A stretch of DNA of 64,000 bases, taken from an uncultured Kushneria sp. (GTDB taxonomy: Bacteria > Pseudomonadota > Gammaproteobacteria > Pseudomonadales > Halomonadaceae). The position numbers were made by a program, and so were the translations under genes. The notes beneath the pieces were generated by a model. The model saw only the letters and a program-made list of their open reading frames with translations, ran no database searches and was not told the origin of the DNA. Below are positions 8,540-20,248 of the stretch, one piece after another (the first letter of the stretch is position 1; every line of letters starts with the position of its first letter). The DNA lies in contig NZ_CANMFC010000010.1 in the NCBI RefSeq assembly GCF_947497025.1, forward strand, positions 3,138-67,137, given 5' to 3'.

Positions 8540-9928
8540 TTGATCGGCCTCCCGGAATTTCCATCAGGTCAACATGGCTTCACCTTGACGCCCACCATTC
8601 TTCCCCGCGATCAACATCCCATCTCTCGACGAATGCTCAGCGAAAATGCGCTGAAGGTACTTTATCGTCTCAACCAGGCAGGTTTTGAAGCCTATCTGGT
8701 GGGTGGATGTGTCAGAGATTCTCTTCTTGGGCAAGTGCCCAAGGATTTTGATGTTGCCACCAGTGCCACACCGGAACAGGTTCGCAGCGTCTTTCGCAAT
8801 GCCCGCATGATCGGTCGACGATTTCGCATCGTTCATGTTCGTTTTGGACGTGAAATCATTGAGGTCACCACCTTTCGCGGTGGTCACGATACCGAAATGG
8901 CCGAGCGCCATTCACATCAGTCCGAAGAAGGGCTTTTGCTGCGTGACAACGTCTGGGGCAGTGTCGACGAAGACGCCATGCGTCGCGACTTTACGGTCAA
9001 TGCGCTCTATTACAGCGTGCGTGACTTCGCCATTCACGACTGGACTGGCGGTCTTGAAGACCTTGAGCATCGTGTGCTTCGTCTGATCGGTGACCCGGAC
9101 CTGCGTTACCGTGAAGATCCGGTCCGTATGCTTCGTGCCGTGCGCTTTGCCAGCAAGCTGGATTTTACCCTGGCTGCCGAAACCGAGGCACCGCTGGCAG
9201 ACTGCGCATCACTGCTTTTGCAAATCCCCCCGGCGCGGCTGTTTGAAGAAGTACTCAAGCTCTTTCTGTCCGGTTACGCCCTGAGTACCTTTCACGGACT
9301 TAGACGTCATGGCCTGTTTGCCATGCTGTTTCCGGGTACCGAGGAGTCGCTTGCGCAGCTGAGCTGGGCCGAGAAGATGGTCGAGCAGGCGCTGATCAAT
9401 ACCGATGCGCGTATTCGGGCCGACAAGCCGGTGAGCCCGGCCTTTCTGTATGCCGCTCTGCTCTGGCCGGCCACGGTCGCGCAGACAGCGCAACTGATCA
9501 ATGAGGGTGTGCCACCGGTGCCTGCTGCGCAGCAGGCCTCCCAGCAGGTATTGAACCGTCAGTTGCAGCACACGTCCATCCCCAAGCGCTTCAGCCTGCC
9601 CATGCGCGAAATCTGGGACATGCAACTGATGCTGCCACGACGACGGGGCAAGCGTCCCTATCAGACGCTGGTACATCCACGCTTTCGTGCGGCCTATGAC
9701 TTTTTGCTGCTCAGGGAAACGGCCGGTGAAATAGCTTCGGGGCTTGGCCTCTGGTGGACCCGCTTTCAGGAAGCCAGCGAAACCCAGCAGCGTGAGATGG
9801 TGCAAAAGGCAGAACAGGGTCAGGATGATGTCCCCGTTGATGACGAGGGACCGGAAAGCATGCCCGCCCCTGCCCGCAAGCCCAGACGCCGCCGCAGACG
9901 TCGCGCGCCCCGGGATGACCAGGAATGA
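8540..9928 (+). CDS. pcnB: Poly(A) polymerase I
   Basis: ILPRDQHPISRRMLSENALKVLYRLNQAGFEAYLVGGCVRD and the following sequence are colinear with E. coli PcnB. The end is firm. The start is uncertain: there is no in-frame ATG upstream of the conserved block after the terminator, so in-frame TTG 8540 or TTG 8585 are the candidates (E. coli pcnB also uses a non-ATG start). Confidence 0.85.
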   Translation: MIGLPEFPSGQHGFTLTPTILPRDQHPISRRMLSENALKVLYRLNQAGFEAYLVGGCVRDSLLGQVPKDFDVATSATPEQVRSVFRNARMIGRRFRIVHVRFGREIIEVTTFRGGHDTEMAERHSHQSEEGLLLRDNVWGSVDEDAMRRDFTVNALYYSVRDFAIHDWTGGLEDLEHRVLRLIGDPDLRYREDPVRMLRAVRFASKLDFTLAAETEAPLADCASLLLQIPPARLFEEVLKLFLSGYALSTFHGLRRHGLFAMLFPGTEESLAQLSWAEKMVEQALINTDARIRADKPVSPAFLYAALLWPATVAQTAQLINEGVPPVPAAQQASQQVLNRQLQHTSIPKRFSLPMREIWDMQLMLPRRRGKRPYQTLVHPRFRAAYDFLLLRETAGEIASGLGLWWTRFQEASETQQREMVQKAEQGQDDVPVDDEGPESMPAPARKPRRRRRRRAPRDDQE

Positions 9929-10410
9929 GTCACAGGGCCTGGATCGGATTGGGCAGCAATCTGGATCATCCTCGCCGGCAGGTCCTGAGCGCGCTTGAGG
10001 ACCTCGCCGGATTACCTCTGACCAAACTCAGCGCCTGCTCTTCTCTTTACGGCAGCCGCCCGGTAGGCCCACAGGATCAGCCTGACTTCGTCAATGCCGT
10101 GGCAGTGCTGGACACACGTCTGTCACCGCTGGCGCTGCTCGATCAGCTTCAGGCACTGGAACAGCGTCATCGACGCGTACGCAAGCGTCACTGGGGACCT
10201 CGCACTCTGGATCTGGATCTTCTGCTCTATGACGACCGGGTGCTCGATCTTCCGCGCCTTGTCGTGCCTCACCCCTGGCTTGCCGAGCGTGCCTTCGTGG
10301 TCCAGCCCATGCTGGAAATTGCCCCTGAACTTTGCCTGCCCAACGGCCAGCCCTTGAACCGGCTTTCAGCGGCAGCGCCCTCGAATGACTTGAAGCGCCT
10401 GTCGCTCTGA
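9925..10410 (+). CDS. folK: 2-amino-4-hydroxy-6-hydroxymethyldihydropteridine diphosphokinase
   Basis: 161 aa with the HPPK signature ([12 protein letters not shown]). ATGA overlap with pcnB and pcnB-folK synteny. Confidence 0.92.
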   Translation: MSHRAWIGLGSNLDHPRRQVLSALEDLAGLPLTKLSACSSLYGSRPVGPQDQPDFVNAVAVLDTRLSPLALLDQLQALEQRHRRVRKRHWGPRTLDLDLLLYDDRVLDLPRLVVPHPWLAERAFVVQPMLEIAPELCLPNGQPLNRLSAAAPSNDLKRLSL

Positions 10411-10456
10411 CCCTAGACTCGATCAGCCATACCGGCTGCTGACTGTCGAGGGATGC

Positions 10457-11251
10457 ATGACCCGCCCCATTACCATCCGAACATTGAACGAACGCCGTGC
10501 GGCGGGACAGCCCTTCAGCTGTCTCACCGCCTATGACGCCACTCTGGCCACCCTGGCAGGCAAGGCCGGCATCGAGGTCCTGTTGATCGGGGATTCGCTG
10601 GGCATGGTGCTGCAGGGACACACGTCCACCCTGCCGGTCACCCTTGAAGACATGATCTATCACACCCGATGTGTAGCACGAGCCGGCACCTCCAGCCTGA
10701 TCATGGCGGATCTGCCCTTCATGACCAATACCACCACGACGCAGACCCTGCAGGCCGCCGGGCAGCTGATGCAGGCAGGCGCACACATGATCAAGCTCGA
10801 AGGGGAGGCCTGGCTTGCCGAGACCGTCACGGCCCTGGTCCATCGTGGTGTGCCGGTCTGCGTGCATATGGGACTGACACCACAAAGCGTCAATGCGCTG
10901 GGCGGCTATCGCGTTCAGGGGCGCAACGATGAGCAGGCCGAGGCCATGCTGAAGGCTGCCATGATGCTGGAGCAGTCCGGTGCCGGTGTCATTTTGCTGG
11001 AGTGCGTGCCTTCTGAACTGGCCGGCCGCATCCGCGAGGCACTTCATGTCCCGGTCATTGGTATTGGCGCCGGCCCCGACGTTGATGGGCAGATTCTGGT
11101 CATGCACGACATGCTGGGCGCCACCACGGGACGACCGCCGAGATTCGTCAAGAACTTCATGGCAGAATCCGGCAGTATCGAGGGCGCCTTCAGGGCCTAT
11201 CATGAGGCGGTCACCACCCGCTGCTTTCCCGCTCCCGAGCACTGTTTTTGA
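10457..11251 (+). CDS. panB: 3-methyl-2-oxobutanoate hydroxymethyltransferase
   Basis: 264 aa with the [14 protein letters not shown] and KLEGG-type motifs of PanB. Confidence 0.95.
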   Translation: MTRPITIRTLNERRAAGQPFSCLTAYDATLATLAGKAGIEVLLIGDSLGMVLQGHTSTLPVTLEDMIYHTRCVARAGTSSLIMADLPFMTNTTTTQTLQAAGQLMQAGAHMIKLEGEAWLAETVTALVHRGVPVCVHMGLTPQSVNALGGYRVQGRNDEQAEAMLKAAMMLEQSGAGVILLECVPSELAGRIREALHVPVIGIGAGPDVDGQILVMHDMLGATTGRPPRFVKNFMAESGSIEGAFRAYHEAVTTRCFPAPEHCF

Positions 11252-11269
11252 GTATGGGTACGACACGGC

Positions 11270-12121
11270 ATGCAAACGTTTGACGATATTAAAGCCCTTC
11301 AACAAACGCTGGCGGACTGGCGCCGCGAAGGCCATCGAATCGCCCTGGTGCCGACCATGGGCAACCTCCATGAGGGCCATCTGAGGCTGGTGGATGCCGC
11401 ACGACAGCACGCCGATCGTGTAGTGGCCACCGTTTTCGTTAATCCGCTGCAGTTTGGCCCTGACGAGGATCTGGATCGCTATCCACGCACACTTCTTGAT
11501 GACCAGCGGCTTCTGGCCGGGCGCGGCTGTGATCTTCTGTTTGCCCCCAGTGTTGACACTCTCTATCCCGAAGGACAGTTCTCTCTGACCCGGGTAAGCG
11601 TTCCACAGGTCTCGGAAGGGCTGTGCGGCGCCCATCGCCCCGGACACTTTGACGGCGTGGCGACCGTGGTCAGTCTTCTTTTCAATCTGACGCGCCCTGA
11701 TGTGGCCTGTTTTGGCGAGAAGGACTTTCAGCAGCTGGCGGTCATTCGAAAGCTGGTGCGCGATCAGCACATGCCCATTGATATCATTGGCGTACCCATC
11801 GCCCGTGACCATGACGGGCTGGCCCTGTCTTCACGCAATCGCTATCTGGATGAAGACGCGCGCGCTCAGGCAAGCCGGCTTTATCAATGCCTTGTGGATA
11901 GTGCCCAACGCCTTGAGCAGGGAGCCAACAGCGAGCAGGTGCTGGCGAAGGGACTGCAACAGCTACAACAGGCAGGATTTCGACCCGAGTATCTGGCGCT
12001 GTGCGATGCCACCACGCTGTGCCCAATCAGCACATGGCAACCCGGCGCGGTGTTGCTGGCGGCAGCCCGACTGGGAAATACACGGCTGATCGATAATCTG
12101 TCCCACGATAGCGCTTCGTAG
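11270..12121 (+). CDS. panC: Pantoate--beta-alanine ligase
   Basis: 283 aa with the PTMGNLHEGHL HIGH-type motif and the FGEKDFQQ motif. Confidence 0.95.
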   Translation: MQTFDDIKALQQTLADWRREGHRIALVPTMGNLHEGHLRLVDAARQHADRVVATVFVNPLQFGPDEDLDRYPRTLLDDQRLLAGRGCDLLFAPSVDTLYPEGQFSLTRVSVPQVSEGLCGAHRPGHFDGVATVVSLLFNLTRPDVACFGEKDFQQLAVIRKLVRDQHMPIDIIGVPIARDHDGLALSSRNRYLDEDARAQASRLYQCLVDSAQRLEQGANSEQVLAKGLQQLQQAGFRPEYLALCDATTLCPISTWQPGAVLLAAARLGNTRLIDNLSHDSAS

Positions 12122-12136
12122 TTTTTCCTGACACAT

Positions 12137-12166
12137 AAAAAAAACCCCGCATTCGCGGGGTTTTCT
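12137..12166. terminator. Bidirectional intrinsic terminator between panC and pnp
   Basis: AAAAAAAA-CCCCGC-attc-GCGGGG-TTTT, with an A-run and a T-run flanking the stem. Confidence 0.8.
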
Positions 12167-12181
12167 GAAATTGCCGGAAAA

Positions 12182-14305
12182 TTACTCTTCCAGCGTGGCC
12201 TCGAAGGCAGCCTTCTCTTCTTCACCAACTTCCTTGATGGAAAGCTTCACGCGACCGCGGTTGTCAATATCCAGTACCTTGACGGTCACCATCTGCCCTT
12301 CACTGAGGAAGTCACGCACGTCATTGACGCGCTCGGGGACAATCTGGGAAATATGAACCAGTCCGTCAGTACCCGGCATGAAGTTGACGAAGGCGCCAAA
12401 GTCAGCGATACGCACGACCTTGCCTCGATAGAGCTTATTGATTTCGGCTTCGGCCGTGATCCCCATGACGGTATCCATGGCCTTTTGCGCACCCGCCTTG
12501 GTCTCGGCATAGATGCGCACGCTGCCATCGTCGTCGATATCGATCGAGGCACCGGTGTCTTCGCAAATCTGGCGAATGGTGGCGCCACCCTTGCCGATAA
12601 CGTCACGGATCTTTTCGGGATCGATCTTGAGACGGGCCATGGTGGGCGCATGCTCGGCCACTTCGCCACGGCTCTGCGCGATCACACGGTTCATCTCGAC
12701 CAGGATATGCTGACGGGCATGGAAGGCCTGCTCCAGCGCCTTTTCCATGATCTCTTCATTGATCCCTTCGATCTTGATATCCATCTGCAGCGCGGTGATA
12801 CCGTCAACGGAACCCGCCACCTTGAAGTCCATGTCACCCAGGTGATCTTCATCGCCCAGAATGTCGGTCAGAACGGCGAAGCGATCGTTTTCCTTGACCA
12901 GACCCATGGCAATACCGGCCACCGGCGCCTTCAGCGGCACACCGGCGTCCATCAGGGCCAGCGAAGAGCCACAGACAGAGGCCATCGAGCTGGAACCGTT
13001 GGACTCGGTGATCTCGGAGACCACGCGAATCGAATAGGGGAAATCGTCGGCAGAGGGCAGCATGGCCGCGATACCACGGCGCGCCAGGCGGCCATGACCG
13101 ATCTCGCGGCGCTTGGGCGAACCAATGAAGCCGGCCTCGCCCACGCTGTAGGGCGGGAAGTTGTAGTGCAGCATGAAGCGATCATGGCGCTCGCCGGCAA
13201 GACCTTCCACCAGCTGCGCATCCCGGGTCGTGCCCAGTGTCGTGGTCACGATGGCCTGGGTTTCACCACGCGTAAAGATGGCAGAGCCATGGGTGCGCGG
13301 CAGAGCACCGACTTCGATATCCAGCGCGCGCACGGTGGCATGATCACGGCCATCGATGCGCGGCTCGCCGTTGAGGACACGCTCGCGAACGATACGCTTC
13401 TCGAGTTTGGCAAAGCCGTTGCTCACGTCTTCGCTGCTGTAAAGTGCCGCGTCACCTTCAGCCAGTTGCGCCTTCGCCTGGGCCTTGAGCTCACTCAGAC
13501 GATCCTGACGCGCCATCTTGTCGGTGATACGGTAGGCTTCGCCGATGCCTGCCTCAAAACCGCTGACCAGCGCCTCCTTGAGCGCGGCATTCTCGGCCTG
13601 GGGCTGCCAGTCCCATTTGGCCTTGCCGCCTTCACTGACAAATTCGTTGATGGCCTTGATGGCCACCTGCATTTCTTCATGGGCAAACAGCACGGCGCCG
13701 AGCATTTCGTCTTCGGAAAGCTCTTTTGCCTCGGACTCGACCATCAGCACGGCTTTTTCGGTACCGGCCACAACCATGTCGAGTTCAGACGCCTGCAGCT
13801 CTTCCTGAGTGGGGTTGATGAAATAACCGCGCTCGTTGGTGAAAGCGACGCGCGCAGCACCGATCGGACCGGCAAAGGGCACACCGGAGATGGCCAGCGC
13901 CGCCGAGGTACCCAGCATGGCAGCGATATCAGGATCCTGATGACGTTCAGCCGAAAGTACCGTGCAGACGACCTGCACCTCGTTCATGAAGCCCTTGGGG
14001 AACAGCGGACGGATCGGGCGATCGATCAGACGCGAGGTCAGCGTCTCCTTTTCACTGGGACGTCCTTCGCGCTTGAAAAACCCACCCGGGATCTTGCCGA
14101 CCGAATAGGTCTTTTCCTGATAGTGCACGGAAAGGGGGAAGAAATCCTGACCAGGCTTGGTGTCCTTTCGAGCAACCACCGTACACAGCACCACCGTGTT
14201 GTCCATGGTGACCAGTACGCTGCCGGTGGCCTGACGTGCCAGACGGCCGGTTTCCAGTGTGACGCTGTGATTGCCGTATTGAAATGTCTTTTTAACCGCG
14301 TTCAA
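12182..14305 (-). CDS. pnp: Polyribonucleotide nucleotidyltransferase (PNPase)
   Basis: Two RNase PH domains plus KH and S1 domains, colinear with E. coli PNPase. Start set at TTG 14305 ([11 protein letters not shown]...) with an AAGGA RBS 7 nt upstream. E. coli pnp also starts with UUG. Confidence 0.95.
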   Translation of the reverse strand: MNAVKKTFQYGNHSVTLETGRLARQATGSVLVTMDNTVVLCTVVARKDTKPGQDFFPLSVHYQEKTYSVGKIPGGFFKREGRPSEKETLTSRLIDRPIRPLFPKGFMNEVQVVCTVLSAERHQDPDIAAMLGTSAALAISGVPFAGPIGAARVAFTNERGYFINPTQEELQASELDMVVAGTEKAVLMVESEAKELSEDEMLGAVLFAHEEMQVAIKAINEFVSEGGKAKWDWQPQAENAALKEALVSGFEAGIGEAYRITDKMARQDRLSELKAQAKAQLAEGDAALYSSEDVSNGFAKLEKRIVRERVLNGEPRIDGRDHATVRALDIEVGALPRTHGSAIFTRGETQAIVTTTLGTTRDAQLVEGLAGERHDRFMLHYNFPPYSVGEAGFIGSPKRREIGHGRLARRGIAAMLPSADDFPYSIRVVSEITESNGSSSMASVCGSSLALMDAGVPLKAPVAGIAMGLVKENDRFAVLTDILGDEDHLGDMDFKVAGSVDGITALQMDIKIEGINEEIMEKALEQAFHARQHILVEMNRVIAQSRGEVAEHAPTMARLKIDPEKIRDVIGKGGATIRQICEDTGASIDIDDDGSVRIYAETKAGAQKAMDTVMGITAEAEINKLYRGKVVRIADFGAFVNFMPGTDGLVHISQIVPERVNDVRDFLSEGQMVTVKVLDIDNRGRVKLSIKEVGEEEKAAFEATLEE

Positions 14306-14396
14306 TGCGTTGTCCTTTTCTCGTAAACCATTCATCTACTTTCGATGTCATCTTAAAATCAAACGCCCCAGGTGTCACTCTCACCCGACCGGCACA

Positions 14397-14433
14397 ACAA
14401 AAAACAGGCGGCTCCCGAGGGGGAGCCGCCTGT
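14397..14433 (-). terminator. rpsO terminator / pnp leader hairpin
   Basis: Minus-strand ACAGGCGGCTCCC-cctc-GGGAGCCGCCTGT followed by TTTTTTG. Confidence 0.8.
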
Positions 14434-14459
14434 CAGTTCGTACCGGAAAAGCGACGCAA

Positions 14460-14729
14460 TCAGCGACGCAGGCCCAGACGAGAAATGATCTGCTGGTAGC
14501 GATCAAAATTCTTGCGCTTGAGGTAATCCAGCAGCTTGCGGCGCTGGTTAACCATGCGGATCAGACCACGACGCGAGTGATGGTCCTGCTTGTGATCCTT
14601 GAAATGGCTCTGCAGTGTGACGATGTTGTCCGTCAGCAGGGCAATCTGGACTTCCGGCGAGCCGGTGTCGTTTTCAACGGTACCGAATTCCTTGACGATT
14701 TCGGCCTTGCGTTCGGCAGTCAGTGCCAT
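14460..14729 (-). CDS. rpsO: 30S ribosomal protein S15
   Basis: 89-aa [16 protein letters not shown]... Start moved to the internal ATG that gives the canonical S15 length. Confidence 0.95.
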   Translation of the reverse strand: MALTAERKAEIVKEFGTVENDTGSPEVQIALLTDNIVTLQSHFKDHKQDHHSRRGLIRMVNQRRKLLDYLKRKNFDRYQQIISRLGLRR

Positions 14730-14804
14730 GTTACTTCTCCAGTCTAATATGCCTGAGCATTGATAAATGTCGAAGACCACGCATATTTGCAGTCTTCGCG
14801 AACC

Positions 14805-15725
14805 CTACCGACGCTCGTCGGCAGTATTGATTAGCCGGCGAGGCGAACACTGCCCCGACCCGCTGATAGTGACCACGCCCAGAAGGTTGTGGTCATGATA
14901 AAGTCTGGCCGCGCTGCCTTCTGCCAGCCCGAGTGTCTCAAGCGCAATGGGCTGACCCTGCAGGATACGCCGCGCCCCGTCATCATCGGTGGTCAATGCC
15001 GGAAGATGGCTGATCAGCGCATCCACGGGCAATAACCTTTCAAGACGCTGCTCATCGCTCATCGACTCAAGCGTCTCGATATCGAGCATGTCACTGCCAT
15101 CAAAGGGCCCGGTTCTGAGCCGACGCAGCCCTTCAAGATGCGCCCCACAGCCAAGATGTTCGCCGATCTCCTCGGCCAGCGTGCGGATATAGGTGCCCTT
15201 GCTGACGCTGACATCCAGCGAAAAACCCTGCGCATGTCGCGAGGTGAGCGCGATATCATAAATGCTCACACGTCTGGGTGCACGCGCAATCTCTCGCCCG
15301 GCACGGGCATGCTCATAGAGCGGACGCCCCTGATGCTTGAGTGCCGAATACATCGGCGGCACCTGGTCGATCTCGCCGAGAAAACCGGAAAGCACCTGTT
15401 CGACATCACTGTCATTCAATGAAGGGACAGGACACTCCCTGATCACCTCGCCTTCACGATCACCGGTATCGGTGACAGCGCCCAGACGCACTTCTGCCAG
15501 ATAGCGCTTGTCGGCATCCAGCAGCCAGGACGAAAACTTGGTCGCCTCTCCGAGACAGATGGGCAAAAGCCCGGTGGCCATGGGGTCCAGCGTACCGGTG
15601 TGTCCGGCCTTTTGCGCCTGGTAAAGCCCGCGCACCTGCTGCAGTGCGCGATTTGACGTCATGCCACCACTCTTGTCGAGCAGCAGCACGCCATCAATGG
15701 GGCGACCGCGACGTCGTCTTGCCAT
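14805..15725 (-). CDS. truB: tRNA pseudouridine(55) synthase
   Basis: GVLLLDKSGGMTSN and HTGTLDPMATG catalytic Asp motif. Confidence 0.93.
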   Translation of the reverse strand: MARRRRGRPIDGVLLLDKSGGMTSNRALQQVRGLYQAQKAGHTGTLDPMATGLLPICLGEATKFSSWLLDADKRYLAEVRLGAVTDTGDREGEVIRECPVPSLNDSDVEQVLSGFLGEIDQVPPMYSALKHQGRPLYEHARAGREIARAPRRVSIYDIALTSRHAQGFSLDVSVSKGTYIRTLAEEIGEHLGCGAHLEGLRRLRTGPFDGSDMLDIETLESMSDEQRLERLLPVDALISHLPALTTDDDGARRILQGQPIALETLGLAEGSAARLYHDHNLLGVVTISGSGQCSPRRLINTADERR

Positions 15726-16129
15726 CAGTCGCTGCGCTCCGAACCCTCTCCATCGTCTTCCGGAGCCCGTTCACGATCGGACTGCACGGCACGCTCGATC
15801 AGACTCGACAGCGCATGCCCACGGCTGACGGACTCATCGAAGTGAAAGCGAAGCTCGGGCACATGCCTGAGCTTCATGGTCCGGGCAACGCGCGAGCGCA
15901 AAAACCCGCTGGCCCGCTTGAGCACGGCCAGGTTTTCACGAATGCGCTCCGGATCATTTTCACCCATCAGGGTGACGTGAACATCGGCATAGCCCAGATC
16001 ACGACTGACATCGGCCGACGTGACCGTCACCATGCCCAGCCGGGGATCCTTGACCTCACGCTGGATAAGCTGTGCCAGCTCGTGGGCCAGCTGCTCGCCT
16101 ACCCGATCCGTACGACTGAATTCACGCAT
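15725..16129 (-). CDS. rbfA: Ribosome-binding factor A
   Basis: MREFSRTDRVGEQLAHELAQLI... matches the RbfA family. Position between infB and truB. Confidence 0.93.
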   Translation of the reverse strand: MREFSRTDRVGEQLAHELAQLIQREVKDPRLGMVTVTSADVSRDLGYADVHVTLMGENDPERIRENLAVLKRASGFLRSRVARTMKLRHVPELRFHFDESVSRGHALSSLIERAVQSDRERAPEDDGEGSERSD

Positions 16130-16156
16130 GAATCGCTCCCGTCATGGGTGCAGCGC

Positions 16157-18682
16157 TCACAGGGAGCGCTGAACCTCGATCTGGTCGAAGACTTCGATCT
16201 TGTCACCGACCTGGACATCATTGTAGTTACGTACGCCGATGCCGCACTCCATGCCGTTACGCACTTCGCTGACGTCGTCCTTGAAGCGGCGCAGGGATTC
16301 CAGCTCCCCTTCATAGACCACCACGTTTTCACGCAGGACACGGATACGCTTGTTCCGGTGTACGCTGCCTTCAATCACCATGCAACCGGCGACAGCGCCG
16401 ATTTTCGGAGCGCGGAAGACGTCACGAACCTCGGCCACACCCACGATGTCTTCACGCCATTCCGGCGCCAGCATACCGCTCATCGCCAGCTTGACCTCAT
16501 CGATAAGCTGATAGATGACGCTGTAGTAGCGCAGATCCAGGCCTTCACGCTCGACGATTTCACGTGAAGAGGCATCGGCACGGACGTTGAAGCCAACGAT
16601 GATGGCATTCGAGGCCACGGCCAGGTTGGTGTCGGTTTCGGTAATGCCGCCCACACCTGAGGAAACCACAGCCACCTTGACTTCATCAGTCGACAGCTCT
16701 TCAAGTGCGCCGCGAATGGCTTCCAGCGAGCCCTGCACGTCGGCCTTGAGTACGATGTTGACCGTTGCGGTTTCGTCCTGACCCATCTGGCTGAACATGT
16801 TCTCCAGCTTGGCCTTCTGCTGGCGTGCCAGACGCACTTCGCGATACTTGCCCTGACGGAAGTTGGCCACTTCACGCGCCTTCTTCTCATCGGCCACGAC
16901 CATGAAGTCATCACCGGCTTCCGGCGTACCGCCCAGACCGAGAATCTCGACCGGCATGGAAGGTCCGGCTTCATCGACCTGCTTGCCCAGCTCGTTGACC
17001 AGCGCACGCACGCGACCGTAATGGAGACCGGCCAGTACCACGTCGCCCTTTTTGAGCGTTCCGTTTTGTACCAGTACGGTGGCGACCGGCCCACGGCCGC
17101 GATCCAGACGGGACTCGACCACAACACCCTTGCCGGGTGCCTCGGGAACCGCCTTTAGCTCCAGAACTTCGGAGACCAGCAGCACGGCTTCCAGCAGTCC
17201 ATCAATGTTTTCACCGCTTTTGGCAGAAACATGAACGAACTGGGTATCACCGCCCCACTCTTCCGAAATCACGCCGCGCTGAGACAGCTCGTTGCGAACT
17301 CGATCCGGATCAGCACCAGCCTTGTCGATCTTGTTGACCGCCACGACCAGCGGGACACCCGCGGCCTTGGCATGCTCGATGGCCTCAACTGTCTGCGGCA
17401 TGACACCGTCATCGGCCGCCACAACAAGGATAACGACGTCCGTGGCCTGTGCACCACGTGCACGCATGGCCGTAAAGGCAGCGTGACCGGGGGTGTCGAG
17501 GAAGGTCACATCACCGTTTTCATGCTCGACGTGATAGGCACCGATATGCTGGGTGATACCGCCGGCTTCACCGGTGGCAACCTTTGTACGGCGAATGTAG
17601 TCCAGCAGCGAGGTCTTGCCGTGGTCAACGTGCCCCATGACGGTAACGACCGGCGCACGCGTGATCTGTTCGCCTTCGTAGGAGATGTTCTCGAGTACTT
17701 CCGTCTCGAGTGCGTCTTCCTTCACCAGCTTGGGCGTATGTCCCATTTCTTCAACCACGATCGCGGCAGTATCCTGATCGATGGTCTGGTTGATGGTGAC
17801 GGCTGCGCCCATCTTGAACATGGCCTTGATGACTTCGTTGGCCTTGATGGCCATCTTGTCGGCAAGGTCTGCCACGCTGATGGATTCAGGGATCGGCACT
17901 TCGCGGACGATATTCTGAACCGGCTTCTGGAAGCCATGTGCGTTGTCGCTGCGACCGCTACCGCCACGACGGCTGCCACGGCGCTGCTCGGCACGCTTGA
18001 CCTTTTTGCCGCCACGCTTGCGTTCGTTGCGCTCGCTACGCTCATCGGCATCATCACGACGTTCGTCACGACGACCACCCGCTGACTTGCCACCTTCTCC
18101 GCGACGAGCTGTACGACGACTGTTGTCATTGCGCGGCTCGCGGGGAGGCGCTTCAACGGCAGGCGCGCTATCGCCGGTATCTTCCGAAGGCGCAACAACG
18201 GCAGCTTCTACCGGTGCGGCGTTGCTCGCGGTCGTTTCGGAGACAGGTGCTGTCGACTCGGCAGTCGCTGCTTCCGTTGCGGCCTGTGCAGGCGCTTCAG
18301 ATGCTGTCGGTGCCGCGGCATTGCCGGTCTGCTCGGCCGCGGGCGCCTGATCCTGAGACTCCTGCTCGCCGTTTTCCTCGTCGCCACGCTTGACGTAGGT
18401 ACGCTTTTTACGAACCTGCACCTCGATGGTCTTGTTGCGACCATCGCCGGTGCGAATCTTGCTGCGCGTCTTGCGCGTCATGGTAATGCGGTTCTTGTTA
18501 CCGCGTGCACCAGCGCCGCCGTGGCTTTTGGTGAGATAATCGAGCAGCTTCTGCTTGTCTTCTTCCGAGACGGCATCATTTTCTGCCTTGTGAGGCAGAC
18601 CTGCTTCGCTCATCTGCTCCAGCAGGCGGCTGACATCACGCCCCACCTTGCCGGCAAATTCCTTGACTGTTGTTTCTGCCAT
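16157..18682 (-). CDS. infB: Translation initiation factor IF-2
   Basis: 841 aa with GTPase motifs [21 protein letters not shown] and NKID, plus a charged, low-complexity N-terminal region. Confidence 0.95.
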   Translation of the reverse strand: MAETTVKEFAGKVGRDVSRLLEQMSEAGLPHKAENDAVSEEDKQKLLDYLTKSHGGAGARGNKNRITMTRKTRSKIRTGDGRNKTIEVQVRKKRTYVKRGDEENGEQESQDQAPAAEQTGNAAAPTASEAPAQAATEAATAESTAPVSETTASNAAPVEAAVVAPSEDTGDSAPAVEAPPREPRNDNSRRTARRGEGGKSAGGRRDERRDDADERSERNERKRGGKKVKRAEQRRGSRRGGSGRSDNAHGFQKPVQNIVREVPIPESISVADLADKMAIKANEVIKAMFKMGAAVTINQTIDQDTAAIVVEEMGHTPKLVKEDALETEVLENISYEGEQITRAPVVTVMGHVDHGKTSLLDYIRRTKVATGEAGGITQHIGAYHVEHENGDVTFLDTPGHAAFTAMRARGAQATDVVILVVAADDGVMPQTVEAIEHAKAAGVPLVVAVNKIDKAGADPDRVRNELSQRGVISEEWGGDTQFVHVSAKSGENIDGLLEAVLLVSEVLELKAVPEAPGKGVVVESRLDRGRGPVATVLVQNGTLKKGDVVLAGLHYGRVRALVNELGKQVDEAGPSMPVEILGLGGTPEAGDDFMVVADEKKAREVANFRQGKYREVRLARQQKAKLENMFSQMGQDETATVNIVLKADVQGSLEAIRGALEELSTDEVKVAVVSSGVGGITETDTNLAVASNAIIVGFNVRADASSREIVEREGLDLRYYSVIYQLIDEVKLAMSGMLAPEWREDIVGVAEVRDVFRAPKIGAVAGCMVIEGSVHRNKRIRVLRENVVVYEGELESLRRFKDDVSEVRNGMECGIGVRNYNDVQVGDKIEVFDQIEVQRSL

Positions 18683-18723
18683 TTATGACCTCCTGAACCC
18701 GTGACCTGTCGCGATACGATGGA

Positions 18724-20208
18724 TTATTCGAACCACGGCGCCCGGGCCGTCATGATCAGTGCCGCTGCGCGTTCTTCATCCATTCCCTCAATATCCTTGA
18801 GGTCTTCAATGGACTGCTCGGCAAGATCTTCCATGGTGATAATTCCTCGCCCGGCCAGTCGGTAGGCAAGATGCTGATCCATACCCTCCATCGAGAGCAG
18901 ATCCTCGGCGGGCGCGGTGCCGTCCAGTTCTTCTTCGGATTTGATCGCCAGATTGAGCAATTCATCCTTGGCACGCGCACGCAGCTCTTCGACCAGCGAC
19001 TCATCAAAGCCGTCGACTTCCAGCATCTCTTCCAGCGGGACATAGGCCACTTCTTCCAGCGAAGTGAAACCCTCTTCCACCAGCAGTCGTGCCATCTCTT
19101 CATCAACATCCAGATGGTTGATGAAGTATTCGATATAGCTGTCGAGTTCCTGCTCGCGGCGCCCTTCGGCTTCCTCCTCCGTCATGACGTTGAGCGTCCA
19201 GCCTGTCAGCTCACTCGCCAGACGTACGTTCTGACCACTGCGGCCAATGGCCTGCGCCAGATTGTCTTCACCGACCGCGACATCCATGGCATGCGTGTCT
19301 TCATCCACCAGGATGGAAGCTACATCAGCAGGGGCCATGGCATTGATGACCAGCTGAGCAGGATTATCGTCCCAAAGCACGATATCCACACGCTCGTTGC
19401 GAAGTTCGTTCGAAACGGCCTGAACCCTTGAGCCACGCATGCCGACACAGGCACCAACAGGATCGATACGACGGTCGTTGGTCTTGACGGCAATCTTGGC
19501 ACGAGAGCCCGGATCACGCGCCGCACCCTTGATTTCAATCAGCTGTTCCGAGATTTCGGGAACCTCAATGGTAAACAGCTCCACCAGAAATTCGGGCCGT
19601 GTACGGGACAGAATCAGCTGGGCGCCGCGCGCTTCGGGATCCACACGCCATAGCAGGGCCCTGACACGCTCGTTGAGACGATAACGCTCGCCCGGGATCA
19701 TTTCACCGCGTGGCAGAAAACCTTCCGCGTTGTCGCCCAGATCAATGATCAGGCCATCGCGTGTGGTTTTCTTGACACTACCGCCCACCAGTTCGCCTTC
19801 GCGCTCGGCATACTGACGCACAATTTCGGCGCGCTCGGCCTCACGCACCTTCTGCACGATGACCTGCTTGGCTGTCTGGGCGGCAATTCGACCAAATTCG
19901 GCTGACTCGATCTGCTCTTCGACCACGGCACCCAGACCCAGCGGCTCATCACGCTCTTCAGCAGCTCCCAGCGGAATTTGACGTGCTGAAGTGATGTAGT
20001 CTTCATCAGGCACAACTGTCCAGCGCCTGAAGGTGTCATAGTCACCGGAGTGACGATCGATACGAACCCGGATATCAACATCCTTGCCTTCGTAGCGCTT
20101 GCGGGAGGCGCTGGCCAGCGCCGCCTCGACGGCTTCGAAAATAATGTCGCGGGGGACACCCTTTTCATTCGATATCGCATCGACGACCAGCAAAATATCC
20201 TTGCTCAT
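18724..20208 (-). CDS. nusA: Transcription termination/antitermination factor NusA
   Basis: 494 aa with S1, KH1/KH2 and two C-terminal acidic repeat domains. Confidence 0.95.
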   Translation of the reverse strand: MSKDILLVVDAISNEKGVPRDIIFEAVEAALASASRKRYEGKDVDIRVRIDRHSGDYDTFRRWTVVPDEDYITSARQIPLGAAEERDEPLGLGAVVEEQIESAEFGRIAAQTAKQVIVQKVREAERAEIVRQYAEREGELVGGSVKKTTRDGLIIDLGDNAEGFLPRGEMIPGERYRLNERVRALLWRVDPEARGAQLILSRTRPEFLVELFTIEVPEISEQLIEIKGAARDPGSRAKIAVKTNDRRIDPVGACVGMRGSRVQAVSNELRNERVDIVLWDDNPAQLVINAMAPADVASILVDEDTHAMDVAVGEDNLAQAIGRSGQNVRLASELTGWTLNVMTEEEAEGRREQELDSYIEYFINHLDVDEEMARLLVEEGFTSLEEVAYVPLEEMLEVDGFDESLVEELRARAKDELLNLAIKSEEELDGTAPAEDLLSMEGMDQHLAYRLAGRGIITMEDLAEQSIEDLKDIEGMDEERAAALIMTARAPWFE

Positions 20209-20248
20209 GCCTGTGCCTCGCCAGAAAAGTCCTTGTTATCATCAAGCA

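Noticed and set aside
10091-11812. 573-aa ORF on the - strand across folK, panB and panC
   Set aside because: It overlaps three independent, well-conserved + strand genes and their intergenic spacers. A real gene would not ignore those boundaries, and it has no recognisable domains.
12353-14326. 657-aa ORF on the + strand opposite pnp
   Set aside because: It is fully antisense to a well-supported PNPase gene. The translation is low-complexity (rich in G/R/H/D/L runs) with no recognisable motifs, which is typical of stop-codon-poor antisense frames in high-GC DNA.
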